A stretch of 63,616 nt of DNA, counting the filler, from Octopus bimaculoides (lineage: Eukaryota), in assembly GCF_001194135.2 (NCBI RefSeq). It is 6 parts of 5 records of this genome, joined end to end, with 100 filler letters (N's around TTAATTAATTAA, not from the genome) between each part and the next. Parts side by side here need not be neighbours in the genome. Positions count along the whole stretch, not along the records: positions 22,670 to 46,562 come from NC_068992.1; 5 more parts are not named here. The stretch is one strand, 5' to 3'. The notes beneath the pieces are model-generated. The model was not told the origin of the DNA. It saw only the letters and a list, made by a program, of their open reading frames with translations, and did no database searches. Numbering within the stretch: position 1 is the stretch's first letter; every line of letters starts with the position of its first letter. Positions 23,276-37,136 of this stretch are shown piece after piece. A program made the position numbers and the translations under genes.

Positions 23276-25216
23276 ATAAATGACTAGTTACTTGTGAATA
23301 GTACACATATAGAACCAACGAGGATTTACTATCTTTAATACCTGCGAGATGTAAGCTTGACGTTTCAGGTAATATGAAACATTGCGAATAATAGAAATGT
23401 GTGTCAAAACTCTTCAAAACATGTTCACGAAAAGATATCTTCATCTAAAAGCATAGAACTTTTTGTATACATAGGTGTGTGTATGTATGGAAGAGACACG
23501 GTGTATGAGTGGAATAAGTTTTCTTTTAGCTGAAGTCTGTCTACTTTGAAAGACTCGTGGTAAGAAGAGCGGAAGAATCTGAAATGTACCGAAGAAATGT
23601 TTCTCTTACTAAATATAACGTAACAGTTATCTGAAGAATGATATCATAAAGAATTGATTTGGTCCCCCCGCATTCGTGGGTGGAAGAACTATCAGCACAC
23701 TTGGTAAAATGCTTGACGGCACTTTGTCCGTCTTTACCTTCTGAGTTCAAAATTCCTTCACGGTCACTTTTGCCTTTCATTCCTTGAGGGTCTATAAAGT
23801 AAGTATAATACGTAAATATATATATATATATATATATATATANNNNNNNNNNNNNNNNNNNNNNNNNNNNNNNNNNNNNNNNNNNNNNNNNNNNNNNNNN
23901 NNNNNNNNNNNNNNNNNNNNNNNNNNNNNNNNNNNNNNNNNNNNNNNNNNNNNNNNNNNNNNNNNNNNNNNNNNNNNNNNNNNNNNNNNNNNNNNNNNNN
24001 NNNNNNNNNNNNNNNNNNNNNNNNNNNNNNNNNNNNNNNNNNNNNNNNNNNNNNNNNNNNNNNNNNNNNNNNNNNNNNNNNNNNNNNNNNNNNNNNNNNN
24101 NNNNNNNNNNNNNNNNNNNNNNNNNNNNNNNNNNNNNNNNNNNNNNNNNNNNNNNNNNNNNNNNNNNNNNNNNNNNNNNNNNNNNNNNNNNNNNNNNNNN
24201 NNNNNNNNNNNNNNNNNNNNNNNNNNNNNNNNNNNNNNNNNNNNNNNNNNNNNNNNNNNNNNNNNNNNNNNNNNNNNNNNNNNNNNNNNNNNNNNNNNNN
24301 NNNNNNNNNNNNNNNNNNNNNNNNNNNNNNNNNNNNNNNNNNNNNNNNNNNNNNNNNNNNNNNNNNNNNNNNNNNNNNNNNNNNNNNNNNTATATATATA
24401 TATATATATATGTGTGTGTAAGATACGAAGAACATTATATGATGACGCAGGAAAAAATATATTAAATGCAATCTCTAAAATCACTTAACATTTTTCACAC
24501 GTTAATTTTGTGATATATAGAACTAATGCTAAACAAATTTAAAACTGCACAAAAGCCTTACGCTGGTTGTGTTTTTAGAGCGAGATAAATATATATGCAT
24601 TTAGACATCTGTACGTTTTCAGAACAAAGAAAAGGTGTAGCTAATACATCTTTGTTATTCAATGCTGTTTCTTGCTGTTACCAGAAATTATACTTTTATG
24701 AACGCCTTGCAGTCACATTTCCTGGAAATACAAAAAAAGAAGCCAAAAAAATAGCGTTGCATGTTTTCAGGAATTTTTTGTTCTTTAATTTAGAATTCAA
24801 ATTTTCAATCTTCTTTCATATCTTTCGCCTAGGCTGTAGGATTGGCAGAACAGTGAAACACTTTCCCGCTTATTTTGAGTTATATTTTATGTATGAGATT
24901 CTTCTTTTTTTTCTGCATTAGAAGAGCAAAGTTGTAATAAAACAATCACTTTGGAAGAATTTTACGTTTTCAGCGTCATATCGACTGTCACAACATAATG
25001 ACTACACAGAGCCATATGCATATAAACGCATACGGATACAAATGCATATACGTATATACATAGACAGATACACGTGGTTATGTACATGCACACAAACATA
25101 CTTGCATACAGCGTAAAAGACTGAGACACTAAATAAACACATTTATGCACATTAATAATACACATTAATGTATAACACACACACGCACACTCACACATAT
25201 ATCCATACTATATATG

Positions 25217-25249
<33 letters not shown>

Positions 25250-25261
25250 ATAAGTGCATAT

Positions 25262-25296
<35 letters not shown>

Positions 25297-27019
25297 NNNN
25301 NNNNNNNNNNNNNNNNNNNNNNNNNNNNNNNNNNNNNNNNNNNNNNNNNNNNNNNNNNNNNNNNNNNNNNNNNNNNNNNNNNNNNNNNNNNNNNNNNNNN
25401 NNNNNNNNNNNNNNNNNNNNNNNNNNNNNNNNNNNNNNNNNNNNNNNNNNNNNNNNNNNNNNNNNNNNNNNNNNNNNNNNNNNNNNNNNNNNNNNNNNNN
25501 NNNNNNNNNNNNNNNNNNNNNNNNNNNNNNNNNNNNNNNNNNNNNNNNNNNNNNNNNNNNNNNNNNNNNNNNNNNNNNNNNNNNNNNNNNNNNNNNNNNN
25601 NNNNNNNNNNNNNNNNNNNNNNNNNNNNNNNNNNNNNNNNNNNNNNNNNNNNNNNNNNNNNNNNNNNNNNNNNNNNNNNNNNNNNNNNNNNNNNNNNNNN
25701 NNNNNNNNNNNNNNNNNNNNNTATATATATATATATATATATGTATATATAAGGTGGAGAGATACAGACGTTGAATGAGAAAAGGAGGAGCACGCGGTAG
25801 TCACAATGGCGTCATTTTACTTTAAAAGCAAGTAGTATTTTGAGATGACTAAACGTTAATTATTTCATGTTTATTTTAATTGCGTATTATTCAATATAGA
25901 TATATGGATATACGAATATGATTTTTATTACGCTCTGTGAGATTATGTAACTTTAAACAAAAATTAACACTACCATATAAAAAAATCGAGTAAATCAGTC
26001 TATGAATGTAAGATATATTACTTAGAAATGAAAAAGTATGTTTCTCTAAAAAGACGATGTATTCGCATTCTCTGCAACTAGGGTTTGGAATTTGAACACC
26101 GAAGGACTGGTCGAAATATTTACAGTCGCCTGAATCAAATTTTCATCTCTTCAGCTTTAACACTGGAATGAAAGGCCATCGTTAAATATGAGAAACATAC
26201 CACACAAAATGTAGGATAAAAACAGATAAACGTATTGATAAGAGCGATATGATTTTGTGGAGGCTTGTCTGAGTAATAGAATCGGTCGACTAAACTCATG
26301 CGAATAAACAATACAACATTTCTGAAGCTTCGGATATAAGGAAATAGCGTTTGTGCCATTTCATATTGTCTAATGTTTTAAGCAGGAAATGGCTAGCAGC
26401 CCATGATTTCAATTTTTGTCTTTTACTTATATCAGTCATTGGAGTTCGGCCACGTTAGAGTACCACCATAAAGGGGTTTTCTTTTGTGTCAAATAGATCG
26501 TCTCTAGTATGTATTTGCAGACTAGTATAAATTCTATCAGCGATTTTTGACGAACCGATAGTAGAATATACTTGCCCAAGGAACCCTGCCGTCGGAGTGA
26601 ACCTGAATCCAGGTAGATCCAAAGCCGGTTTCATAAACCACACAGCCATGTCTACATACTGCAGGAATAATTAATCATATCTTCATAATCCCCAAAATTC
26701 AAGCTTTGCGGAAGCCAGTACAGTCTTTGATATAAATGATATAGAAACTTTACGGAGATGAGTGGTCACATGTAACTAACAGTAAACTCCAGTACAATGT
26801 TCTAATTGCATGACGGACGGAATGTGTGTGTGTGTATATATGCATGTGAGTATGTGTATGTGTGTCTGTGTCTCTGTGTGTCTGTGTTCGCGCGCGTCTG
26901 TATGTGTGTGTGTGTGAGCTACCACACAGTCATTCCAAATGTATATGTATGTTTGTGTGTGTATATGTTGTGTGTGGTTGTATGCTGATTGTGTATGTGT
27001 GTGCCTATGTGCTGTGTGC

Positions 27020-27251
27020 CTTTATCTTTTATCTTTTCCGTGTTTCAGTTAGACTGCGGCCATGCTGGAGCACCGCCTTGAAGAATCTTTAGTAGAATGG
27101 ACCAACCTCAGTATTTATTCTTTTAAAGCTTGGTACTTATTCTGTCACTCTTGTTTCCGAACTGATAAGTTACAGGCTCGTATTCATACCAACACCGGTT
27201 GACATAGTGGTATAGAGGAGAAGCACAGACGCTCGCACACTCACTCATCCA

Positions 27252-27297
<46 letters not shown>

Positions 27298-27522
27298 TAC
27301 ATATACATATATATATATANNNNNNNNNNNNNNNNNNNNNNNNNNNNNNNNNNNNNNNNNNNNNNNNNNNNNNNNNNNNNNNNNNNNNNNNNNNNNNNNN
27401 NNNNNNNNNNNNNNNNNNNNNNNNNNNNNNNNNNNNNNNNNNNNNNNNNNNNNNNNNNNNNNNNNNNNNNNNNNNNNNNNNNNNNNNNNNNNNNNNNNNN
27501 NNNNNNNNNNNNNNNNNNNNNN

Positions 27523-27598
<76 letters not shown>

Positions 27599-27745
27599 TA
27601 TGTATATATTTACAACCACACACACAACTGGTTTCTTTCAATTTCCATCTGCCAAATTCACTCACAAGACTTTGGTCGACTCGAGACTATAGTAGACGAC
27701 ACTTTCCCCAAGATGCTAGGCAGTAGGACGGAACCCGGAACCATG
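27020..27745 (-). mobile_element. Family A SINE with expanded internal microsatellite and gap
   Basis: Tail at 27020-27230 and head at about 27625-27745 match family A. Confidence 0.8.
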
Positions 27746-28493
27746 TGGTTATGAAGCACGTCATTGCTTTTTCGTTTTACATATTTTCCCGTTGTGACCA
27801 TAACTCTCCTTATGTTTTACTCATGTATTCCACAGCAGTATTTTGCGAATGATGTTATTTGATTGAGCAACAGTATCGAGGAGTCCTCGAAATTGTAATG
27901 ATTCTTGGTCGATAACTGACGATGGATCATCGTGTCTACGTCCTTAGTCCGTGTGTGATTTTCTTTCGTCCTTTTTATATGTTCCTTTGTCATCCTTCTG
28001 TATAAATAAGAAATATGTGTGTGTGTAATGCGTGTGTTGGGGCTGGCGTAATTTTCAGTGTCTGCCGAGTTGAACTAGCTTTTGCTATACAAACAGTATT
28101 CCAGCTTAAGACACAACACTTCACTATAGCATATTTTCTTTAAGTGACATCAATCAATTATTAAATATTATTTCAAGTTTCCAGTTTTACCATCTATGTT
28201 GGCAATGCTTCTGAATATTCACATAACAATTTGTTTTAATCATTTTTATCAATGGATATGACCATAAGACTGGAGTTATATGATTTCATTTTGCAAACAT
28301 AAATAAAGATATATGTCAAAACTTATACATGTCAGTTTAATAAGAAAAATTATTGATACGAAAAGTTAGTATTTGATATTCAATGTTGACCGATGTGTAC
28401 TCAATGGAAGGAAAAATATCATTTTGTTGAACAAGGCTTTTATAATTATCAACAATGTTTACTTTTATTTTATGATAACAGCCAGCAACTACC

Positions 28494-28526
<33 letters not shown>

Positions 28527-28754
28527 ACGTGTGTGTGTGTGTACGTGTACATATATATTTTGTGTGTGCCTGCGTTTGAGTGTATGTTTCAATGTGCATC
28601 TATTCATTTAGACTTAAGCATAGACTGACATGCATATGAGCATAAGCTTATGAGTTTAGCTGTACGCAAATAAAGCGCATGGCCCACATACAATGTCACA
28701 TCCTATAAACATACAAACACACAGAAGCGCATATATACATATATAAATTTACAA

Positions 28755-28970
28755 GTACATGTTCTTTTCTACTCTAGTCAAATTTTTGGCCAAGTTGGAG
28801 CACCACCTTTGGTCGAGCAAATCAACCCCAGGACTTATTCTTTGTAAGTCTAGTACTTATTCTATCGGTCTCTTTTGCAGAACCGCTAATTTACGGGGAC
28901 GGTTGTCAAGCGATGGTGAGGTGACAAACACAGACACACAAGCATACATACACACAAGCATACATACACA

Positions 28971-29041
<71 letters not shown>

Positions 29042-29497
29042 ACATACATAGATAAATAGATATATACTGTTATGTCTGGGGAGGGTCATTTTCTTTTTGT
29101 GCCTTATAATATAACACTCTCTTGAGTCAAGACTATTGGAAAGGTTGCAAGACGCGAAGATAATTTTAGGAGAATACAAATAAGGAATAAGTGGAAAATT
29201 TATCGGTGAGTGTTAAATTATAAGGGACAATAAGAAAATGACTCTCCCCAGACACAACAAAATATGCTTCAACACACGATCTCACATAAAGAATGTTGCA
29301 AATCAAATCCCAAAATGAAATATATATACATAGGACAGCTTCTTTCAGTTCCTTCGACGAAATCCGCTCGCAAGGATTCGCTCAGACTGAGGTTATAGTA
29401 AAAGACACTTACCCAAGGTGCCACACAGTGGGACTGAACCCTGGGACCATGTGGTTGGTAAGCAAGCTAGTTACCAGACAGCCAATCATGCGCCTAT
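28755..29497 (-). mobile_element. Family A SINE split by microsatellite and a MITE
   Basis: Tail 28755-28940, head about 29330-29497. Confidence 0.75.
29067..29259. mobile_element. MITE with about 43-bp TIRs
   Basis: TGTTATGTCTGGGGAGGGTCATTTTCTTTTTGTGCCTTATAAT versus ATTATAAGGGACAATAAGAAAATGACTCTCCCCAGACACAACA. Confidence 0.8.
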
Positions 29498-32411
29498 ATA
29501 TATTTATATATATATATATATATATTTCGTCTTTTGTTTTTCTATAAATTTCAACTATATATATATATATATACATATATACACGCACACAGAAATATAT
29601 ACATCTACAAACATATATACGTACATCCATGCTTTACGGCTATGCATACATCCATACATACATATATTCAGACATACCTTTTATAAATACTTACATAGTA
29701 GAAACAAACATATACACATACATAAATTTTGTTTAAATTTCTTATATGGACTCTCATTGTTATCCATTGAGATATTCGAAATGGTGACATCATATTTGTT
29801 GACATAATTGCAAGGCAAACCCGAAAATTGAACAAAAATATTATGAATTATAGAAGAAACCTTAATTCCTTATGCTTAAGTTGAATACCTTAGATATTGT
29901 GGCTAATTATTGGTCCAGGTCATGTTTAATGTATTAACTCCACCTAGAATAAATTCTTTATGTCATGTCTGAGAATTCAGTAGAGTACAGAGTTGTCATC
30001 TGTAGCGGGGAATCCGGGCGTCAGTGATTTTTTTTTTTTATTTTGTATGTTGTCGAGGAATTTTACTTTGACCTTTTAAGGGACAATATTGAACAATGCA
30101 AGAACGCATAAAAATTTTTCATGCAATGTTGTTTTGCGATACGAGCACTTTTATTTGTACGAGTGCTTGTGTACTATGTGGGTCAAACTTATGTTTCGTG
30201 AACTTGATACGGGCGTCATTTATATGGTGATGAGGGAACACTTTCCACCATGTACAAATGTTGCAGCCGTCACCGCGGTGTTGGAGACAATGGAGTTTGA
30301 GATTAATTATAAACTGCTTGTTTATTTACTTACATTATTTCTCAGCTGTTGAAAAATTATGTTTTTCTTATTTGCACTTAATTATTCTACATTAGCATTT
30401 TCACTCTTCTTCTCTCTCCCCATCTCCGTTTTTGTTTACCAATTTTCTAAATCAGTATTTAATTTGTTTACATTCCCGTGAGTGAGATGTCTGTGGCAGA
30501 TATGTCGGACGTATTCCCACAATATTTGACATTTAATAGGTGGTTAATTGAATTATGGTTCTGCCTTCGTTAATGTCGCATTGCAGCTGCCGATATTTAC
30601 TCAATATCATAATTAGTTTCATCCTGTTAAAATAATTCAAACAAACAGTTTTTACATAAAATGATTTATAACATTTCATTTCCCTTTTCATTGATTTTCC
30701 ATTTCATTATGTTGGTTGAATTGCTCCCTTGTGCTAAAATAATCTAATTTAATCCAGTCTTTTATAAAGCTCCGAACGAAATTATAATTCGGATTTCAAT
30801 AGACAATTGCTGACAACGTTAATCGGTCGATTTGCTATAGACTAGTGACTTTGTAAAAACATTTGACAATAGACACGACTGACAAATTTAAACATTTGCC
30901 AGTATGCTGCTGACTACGTTAAACGTTTGCCAATATATTGCGGTGTTAAACGATTAAGAATGGTACTACTACTACAAACTCCAGTTCTGCGCGATGTAAA
31001 GGGTTTCCACGCAGCCAAGTGCTTTATCTTTGAATATGTCCATGTTGTTTCTCCTCTCTCTCTCTCTTTCTTTTTCTTTCTCTCCCTCCCTCCCTTATCC
31101 TCTCACTTTTTCTCCCTGTCTATAATACTCTATATCCTTCTCATTCTCCCTGTCTGTGATGATCCCTACTTTGTAGGGCTTGTTTACCCTCTTCGCCTTA
31201 AAAGAATATTACCAAAGACAGCGAGATGGTTTAGTTGTCTCCTACGGATTTAACTAAGGAGAATATCATGGGAGACAGCGCAGTAGAAGCTAGAACATTC
31301 TTATCTTAGTTAGTGCGATATGCAGAGAATAACCGAAACATCACCATCACGTAACATAATCCTACAGAGGGTGGCTTTCAGTAAAAAGACGGATATTTTT
31401 CTTTCCTTTAATTTATTTATACTTTAATTTCTTTTCCCCAACAATGGGGAAACTTCCAGAAATACGGATTACCAGGAAAAAGTTCTCCACCAGATAAAAT
31501 CAGTGCATAATTGTAGTGAATAGATGATATGTAATTATGTAGTGCAGAATAGAGAATGGTATACTGCATGGTAAGCCCTTGCCTCTTCTATTATTCATAT
31601 AGGTAAAGACTCTGTAAATGAGATATGCTGGGAGAGAAAGAGAGAACTGATTACGCGTGCGAACAGATTAATGTGTAATTAGGAACTTCTGACGGTAAAA
31701 GAATAGTATTTATCGATAGTAATTATTTAAAATATTTGATATTTCAACCCTCTAGCCTGTAAACTGGTCAACCTACTACTCACCGGTTTGTTATTCAGTG
31801 CTTCCTCACAACTGAATAAGAATTGACAGCAGTATGTACAATGATTTTGCGTCTGGTTTAGACGCCTGTGTAGTCGCGTGCAGTCACATATACCTTTTTC
31901 GACCCGATAAACTCTGACGCAGCGCAGACTCTAAGAGAGGAAGACACAAATCAAAGAAGGCTTCTTCCCGAACACTAAAGGGTAAATTATGATATCACTA
32001 AAGGAAGAAGAAACGAATATCTGATATTAATGTTTTTATCCGACACCATAAAGAGCCATCATATATACTGCTAGGTATTTTGTCTGGAAATCCAACAGTT
32101 CTGGCAACTTACACCAAAGATGGTATTTTATTTTATACATCTTGGAAAACATCAACTTGATTTGAAACGTTAAGCATGGATTCAAATGAAATATTTTGTC
32201 AGCTGCTTCCATGTTTCTATGAGTTTATAACGTTTTAATTTATGCAACCACGCGGTTTATGGGCAGTCAAACTGCGCGTTACCTTCGGCTAGTGTCCTCT
32301 ACTTGCACTACCTTGGCCTAATGTCCTCTAACTTGTAGGTGAATGTGGTGGACAGAAACTGTGAAGGTCCTTATGTATGTTTACATGGAATATATAAATA
32401 CACACATATGC

Positions 32412-32488
<77 letters not shown>

Positions 32489-32489
32489 T

Positions 32490-32690
32490 TTATGTCTGTG
32501 TTGGTCACCCCATCACAGTTTACCAGTTGGTTTTGGTACATCTCCGATGTAGCATCATCGGAGATGTACCAGAAATATCGGATGCATTGGCTTCAGTAAA
32601 ACCCCTCAAGGTGGCGCCCCAACTCGGCCGCAGTTCAATGACTAAAGCAAGTAAAATACACGCAAGAAAATCTGTTCCTTGCTGCAGGTC
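32490..32690 (+). mobile_element. Family A SINE 3' half carrying a 16-bp perfect hairpin
   Basis: Ends AAGGTGGCGCCCCAACTCGGCCGCAGTTCAATGACTAAAGCAAGTAAAA, the reverse of the family A tail; hairpin at 32534-32571. Confidence 0.7.
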
Positions 32691-33099
32691 ATTAAGATTG
32701 AACATAGAGCTATAGAAATTCAGGCCCAAGTACTGTACCTGATCTTTATTCAAGCTGGCCATATCTGGTTTCGCACACTTACCCTACAAAGTTGTTGTAA
32801 AAGTAAACAATCGTATCATTGAAATTTCAAAGCTACAATGTAATGCGTGATTAATTCAAAACAATTTGATTACATAAGCGTTACGTTTGATAGAATAGTC
32901 AGAATGCGACAGGGTTAAGCTTACGGTCATAAAGTTTGTAGAAGCTATCACGATTGCTTCACTGTGATGGGCTTTGGAAGATGAAAGGGAAACGTACAGC
33001 CGTGGTGACGTCATGCATCTAACGCCGAAGGTACTGTTTATATATCAACGGATGTGATCTCATGGGAGTTGATGTTAAAATGCAGCCGGTAACGGTGTA

Positions 33100-33450
33100 G
33101 TTGATGATGTTAATGATGGTGGTGGTGGTGGTGGTGGTTTTGATGATGATGATGACGATGATGATGATGATGATGATTATGATGATAATGATGGCGATGA
33201 TGACAACGACGATGACAACGACGACGATGATGATGATGATGATGGTGACTACGATGACGATCATAGTGAAGTTGTTCTTGGTGGCGGCGGTGATGGCGGT
33301 GATGGTGGTGGTGGTGGTGATGATGATGGTGGTGGTGGTGGTGGTGGTGGTGGTGGTGGTGATCTTTGTGGTGGTCTTGGCGGTTGTGGTGGTGCTGGTG
33401 CTGGTGGTGGTAGTGGTGGTGGTGGTGCTGGCTGTGACGCTGATGATAAT
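33100..33450. repeat. (GAT)/(GAC)/(GGT) compound trinucleotide array
   Basis: Direct inspection. Confidence 0.95.
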
Positions 33451-34134
33451 AATGTTTTCGTATATTTTTTAATGTTTCTTCAGCTTAGCGATTAATTTGT
33501 CGTTGATGAAATTTCTGATAGATAATTACTATAATAAATAAAGTATTACTCGATTAGCGCCTTTGAGCATCCAACGACGAATAATGAAAAGTGACAGGAA
33601 ATATAGAATATAGATTGAACGTTATCGACTGAACCTTGAAAGATCGCTTGCAGATATGCGGTATGTTAAATAAATCTGCCAATATAATGTATCCTTAAAG
33701 CATGAAACTATTAGCAAATATTTTGTAATTGTTTATATTAAATCAAGTGTGTGTCTGTGTCTGTGTATATGTGTACAGGTGGATGAGTTTAACAGGTTGA
33801 ACTCCAATGTAAATACCTACATCAAATAAAATTTATTAGACAGTTGAAGAGGGTACGTAGCATGGTTCCGCACTCGGCAGGTAGCAAGATCACTACTACC
33901 CACACAAGATTCCAGGAGTGCCGAGAAAAACTGAGTTGTAACATCAACAACAATAATAACCCAAACAAGGGTTGAAAATTTTAGGGGCCCAAAGCAGAGA
34001 TTAAAGGGTTTTTAATTGGCATATATCCAAAGCTCCCTACCAAAAAGCACGAAAAACATATAATGAAAATATAATATACGTAAAAGCAGAATATGTGTTA
34101 ATGAGGGAAGAAACAGTGACTCATATTGTCTCTT

Positions 34135-34368
34135 ATTTCTTTATTGCCCACAAGGCGCTAAACATAGAGGAGACAAACAAGGAGAGGCAAAGGGATTAAG
34201 TCGATTACGTCGACCCAGTATGTAACTGGTACATAATTTATCGACTCCGAAAGGATGAAAGGTAAAATCGACCTCGGCGATATTTGAATTCAGAACGTAA
34301 CGGCAGACGAAATACCGCTAAACATTTCACCCAGCGTGCTAACGTTTCTGCCAACTCGCCGCCTTAGT
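34135..34368 (-). mobile_element. Family B SINE
   Basis: Reverse complement of the family B consensus. Confidence 0.88.
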
Positions 34369-34374
34369 GATTCA

Positions 34375-35245
34375 TATTATCTCTGGCTGCCTAGTCCTGG
34401 CTAAGAGAAAGATATCCATAGTCATGACATGGTTGGGACCCGTATACACTGGAATCATTACTAGTACTATGGAATGACAACAGAAATAAATGTTATACTT
34501 ATGTCCCAGGAGAGGTCTCAGACTATGACAAACTAAGCAGATTTTAGGATATGTTAATACACACATATAGACAGTTCAAGGCAAATAGGCCAGATGTTGT
34601 GGACAAGAATCACCAAGAAAGAAAATGCCTGCTATTCTACGTATCAGCCCCAAAAGATGGCAATACGATGGCGTTCTAGAAAAAAAACCGGTATTTTGCA
34701 ATAAAAAATTTCGATACACAGAGATCTGGAAATAGAGACGACCCAAATGTAGAGCCTGAAAACCAAAATAATCCGCGTAAAGGGTGTATTAGGTACGGCA
34801 AAAAGACTTACATACAAATGCGTAGTCAAATGCGTCAACTAATGAATATGTAAAGCATAAAGAAAACGCTAAGCGCTGCACGCTTCCTACGTAAAGCAAT
34901 CTCAATACAGAAAAAATAACAGCACCAAAATACACAACAGTACATATCCAAGATATACAGATCTACGATCTGTTTTGCATTGGAGTCAGATGATAAAATT
35001 AAACAACGGAATAAAAAAATATTCAGACAAATACAAAACAAAAACACCAGTACTTACAAATATTTATAACATACAGAAAATTGCATTACTGGGCACTGCA
35101 CACATCCTACAGAAAACACTTTCAATACAGTAACCATAAGAGCATCACAGCAAACCACAGCACATACCCAAGGCACACAGAGCTGCGCTCGGTAGTGAAG
35201 TGAAAGAACGTTATAAAAATAAAACTACTGAATAATAATAATAAT
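34375..35245 (+). mobile_element. R4/Dong-clade 3' fragment(s) with 3' UTR and (AAT)n tail
   Basis: Decayed RLE region (LGYVNTHID..RQIGQMLWTR, corresponding to LWD..IHTD.EIKANRPDVV); C-terminus ..NIQKIALLGTAHIL.KTLSIQ*; UTR ends ACTACTG(AAT)n; may be two copies. Confidence 0.75.
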
Positions 35246-36259
35246 ATGAAAATTAATATAAATGGGGAACTCCACCTAAGGGCAGGAGTAGTAAGATTAT
35301 ACCTACCTAGAAAAGTAAGTGGAAAAGCCTTAATATCAGTAGAAAAGTACGTCGAGTTAGCTACAGTAGATATGCACTCCTATGTAGTGAAGAATGTTAT
35401 TAATAGTAAAGAAAGCTTATTAAAAGCCGGCAGAGTTACAGCAAAACATAGGGGAATCCCGCCAAAAAAAAAGAACAGAAAAAGAAACTAATTATCTGAC
35501 TGGCAGGAGAAGATGCTGTTTTGTAGATTCCAAAAGATGGTTTCAACAGATAGTAGTAGTGAGACATGGTTATGGCTGCAGAAGGGAAAGCAGAAGAGGG
35601 AAACAGAAAGTTTGTTAGTAGCTGCATAAGATCAAGCATTAAGGAATAATTGGATAATAGCCAAGGTAGACATAAACCAAGTAGATTCCTGATGTAGGTT
35701 ATGCAAATTAAAAGAGGAGAGCGTTACTCATATAGTAAATGAATGTAGCATGATGCCACAGAAAGAAATCAAGAAAAGACAGGACAAACTGAGGAGAGTT
35801 ATCCACTGGGATTTATGTAGAAAGCTACGATTTGACCATACTGATAAACGGTATGAACATTAACCTAGTAAGGTACTAGGAAGTATGAAATATAAAATGT
35901 TGTGGGACTTTAACATTCATACTGATAGAGTAATAGAAGCTAGAAGGCCTGATTTGGTAGTAGTAGATAAAGAGAATAGAAAGTGCCAGATAATTGATTT
36001 CACATTCCCAAATGATGAGAAAATCAATATGAGAGGGGTAAAATGTATCCCTGTAGATATAGGTGCATTAGTAACTATCCTAAACATTTGAAAATATGGA
36101 TAAAGGAAATAAGAATAAAACCCAATTTAGTACAGCTGCAGAAAACAATGTTATTAGGGTCAGCTAGGATACTTAGGAGGGGTCTTGATATCTAAGGTTA
36201 CTTGTTCTTGCTCGATGTTAGGGATTTTTTTCCCAACCGTCTAATCTGTTATGCGTATT

Positions 36260-36329
<70 letters not shown>

Positions 36330-36348
36330 TAATAATAANNNNNNNNNN

Positions 36349-36402
<54 letters not shown>
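35246..36402 (+). mobile_element. 5'-truncated R4/Dong-clade retrotransposon
   Basis: INGELHLRAGVVRLYLPRK; CRLC..ESVTHIVNECSM; MLWDFNIHTDRVIEARRPDLVVVDKENRKCQIIDFTFPNDEK; 3' UTR then (AAT)n from 36262. Confidence 0.92.
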
Positions 36403-36431
<29 letters not shown>

Positions 36432-36480
36432 AAGAAGAAGAAGAAGAAGAAGAAGAAAGAAAAAAAACATAATAATAATA

Positions 36481-36718
36481 ATAGTACCAATAATTGTCGG
36501 AGCCTTGGAAACAGTGACCAAATATCTCGAAAAGTACGTGGGACAAATAGGGGCTCCAATGAGGGTGGAGCACTTGCAGAAAACAGCACTGCTTGAAACC
36601 ACTCGAATACTCTGGAAGGTGCTCGAAAAATAAGAGGTGATACTTTAGTTCACTGGTAATGAACAGCTGACACTGTAGTACATCTCCAGCGTTAGGAGCT
36701 GTGCAAGGCAATGATGAT

Positions 36719-36767
<49 letters not shown>
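36481..36767 (+). mobile_element. Short R4/Dong-clade 3' end (different subfamily)
   Basis: IVPIIVGALETVTKYLEKYVGQIGAPMRVEHLQKTALLETTRILWKVLEK*, distinct 3' UTR, (ATG)/(AAT)n tail. Confidence 0.85.
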
Positions 36768-37073
36768 GAAAACTCCAAAATGGCAGGAAACCACAAAATG
36801 GCAGAAATAACTGGAAACCCCAAAATGGCAGAAATTCGAAAGATAATACTCATGGGAGCAGCCCATATCCTACGTAAAATACTGTGTATGTAATCTCAAA
36901 TTTTAGAACAAACTTATGATTTGCTTATGTTTTCTTAAACATTCTCTAGAACAATACTATGTGCAAAACCAAATATATGACACCCTAGGCATAACACCAA
37001 CATGAACTTCTAACTTGTGTCTCTTGAGATCTCTGGGTGAGACAAATACAAGGCAAAAGTCAAACATATAATG

Positions 37074-37135
<62 letters not shown>
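36768..37135 (+). mobile_element. Short R4/Dong-clade 3' end (further subfamily)
   Basis: GNPKMAEIRKIILMGAAHILRKILCM*, distinct 3' UTR, (AAT)n tail 37072-37135. Confidence 0.8.

Positions 37136-37136
<1 letters not shown>

Noticed and set aside
30089-30352. 87-aa ORF in unique sequence
   Set aside because: Non-ATG start, no recognisable domain, and a length expected by chance
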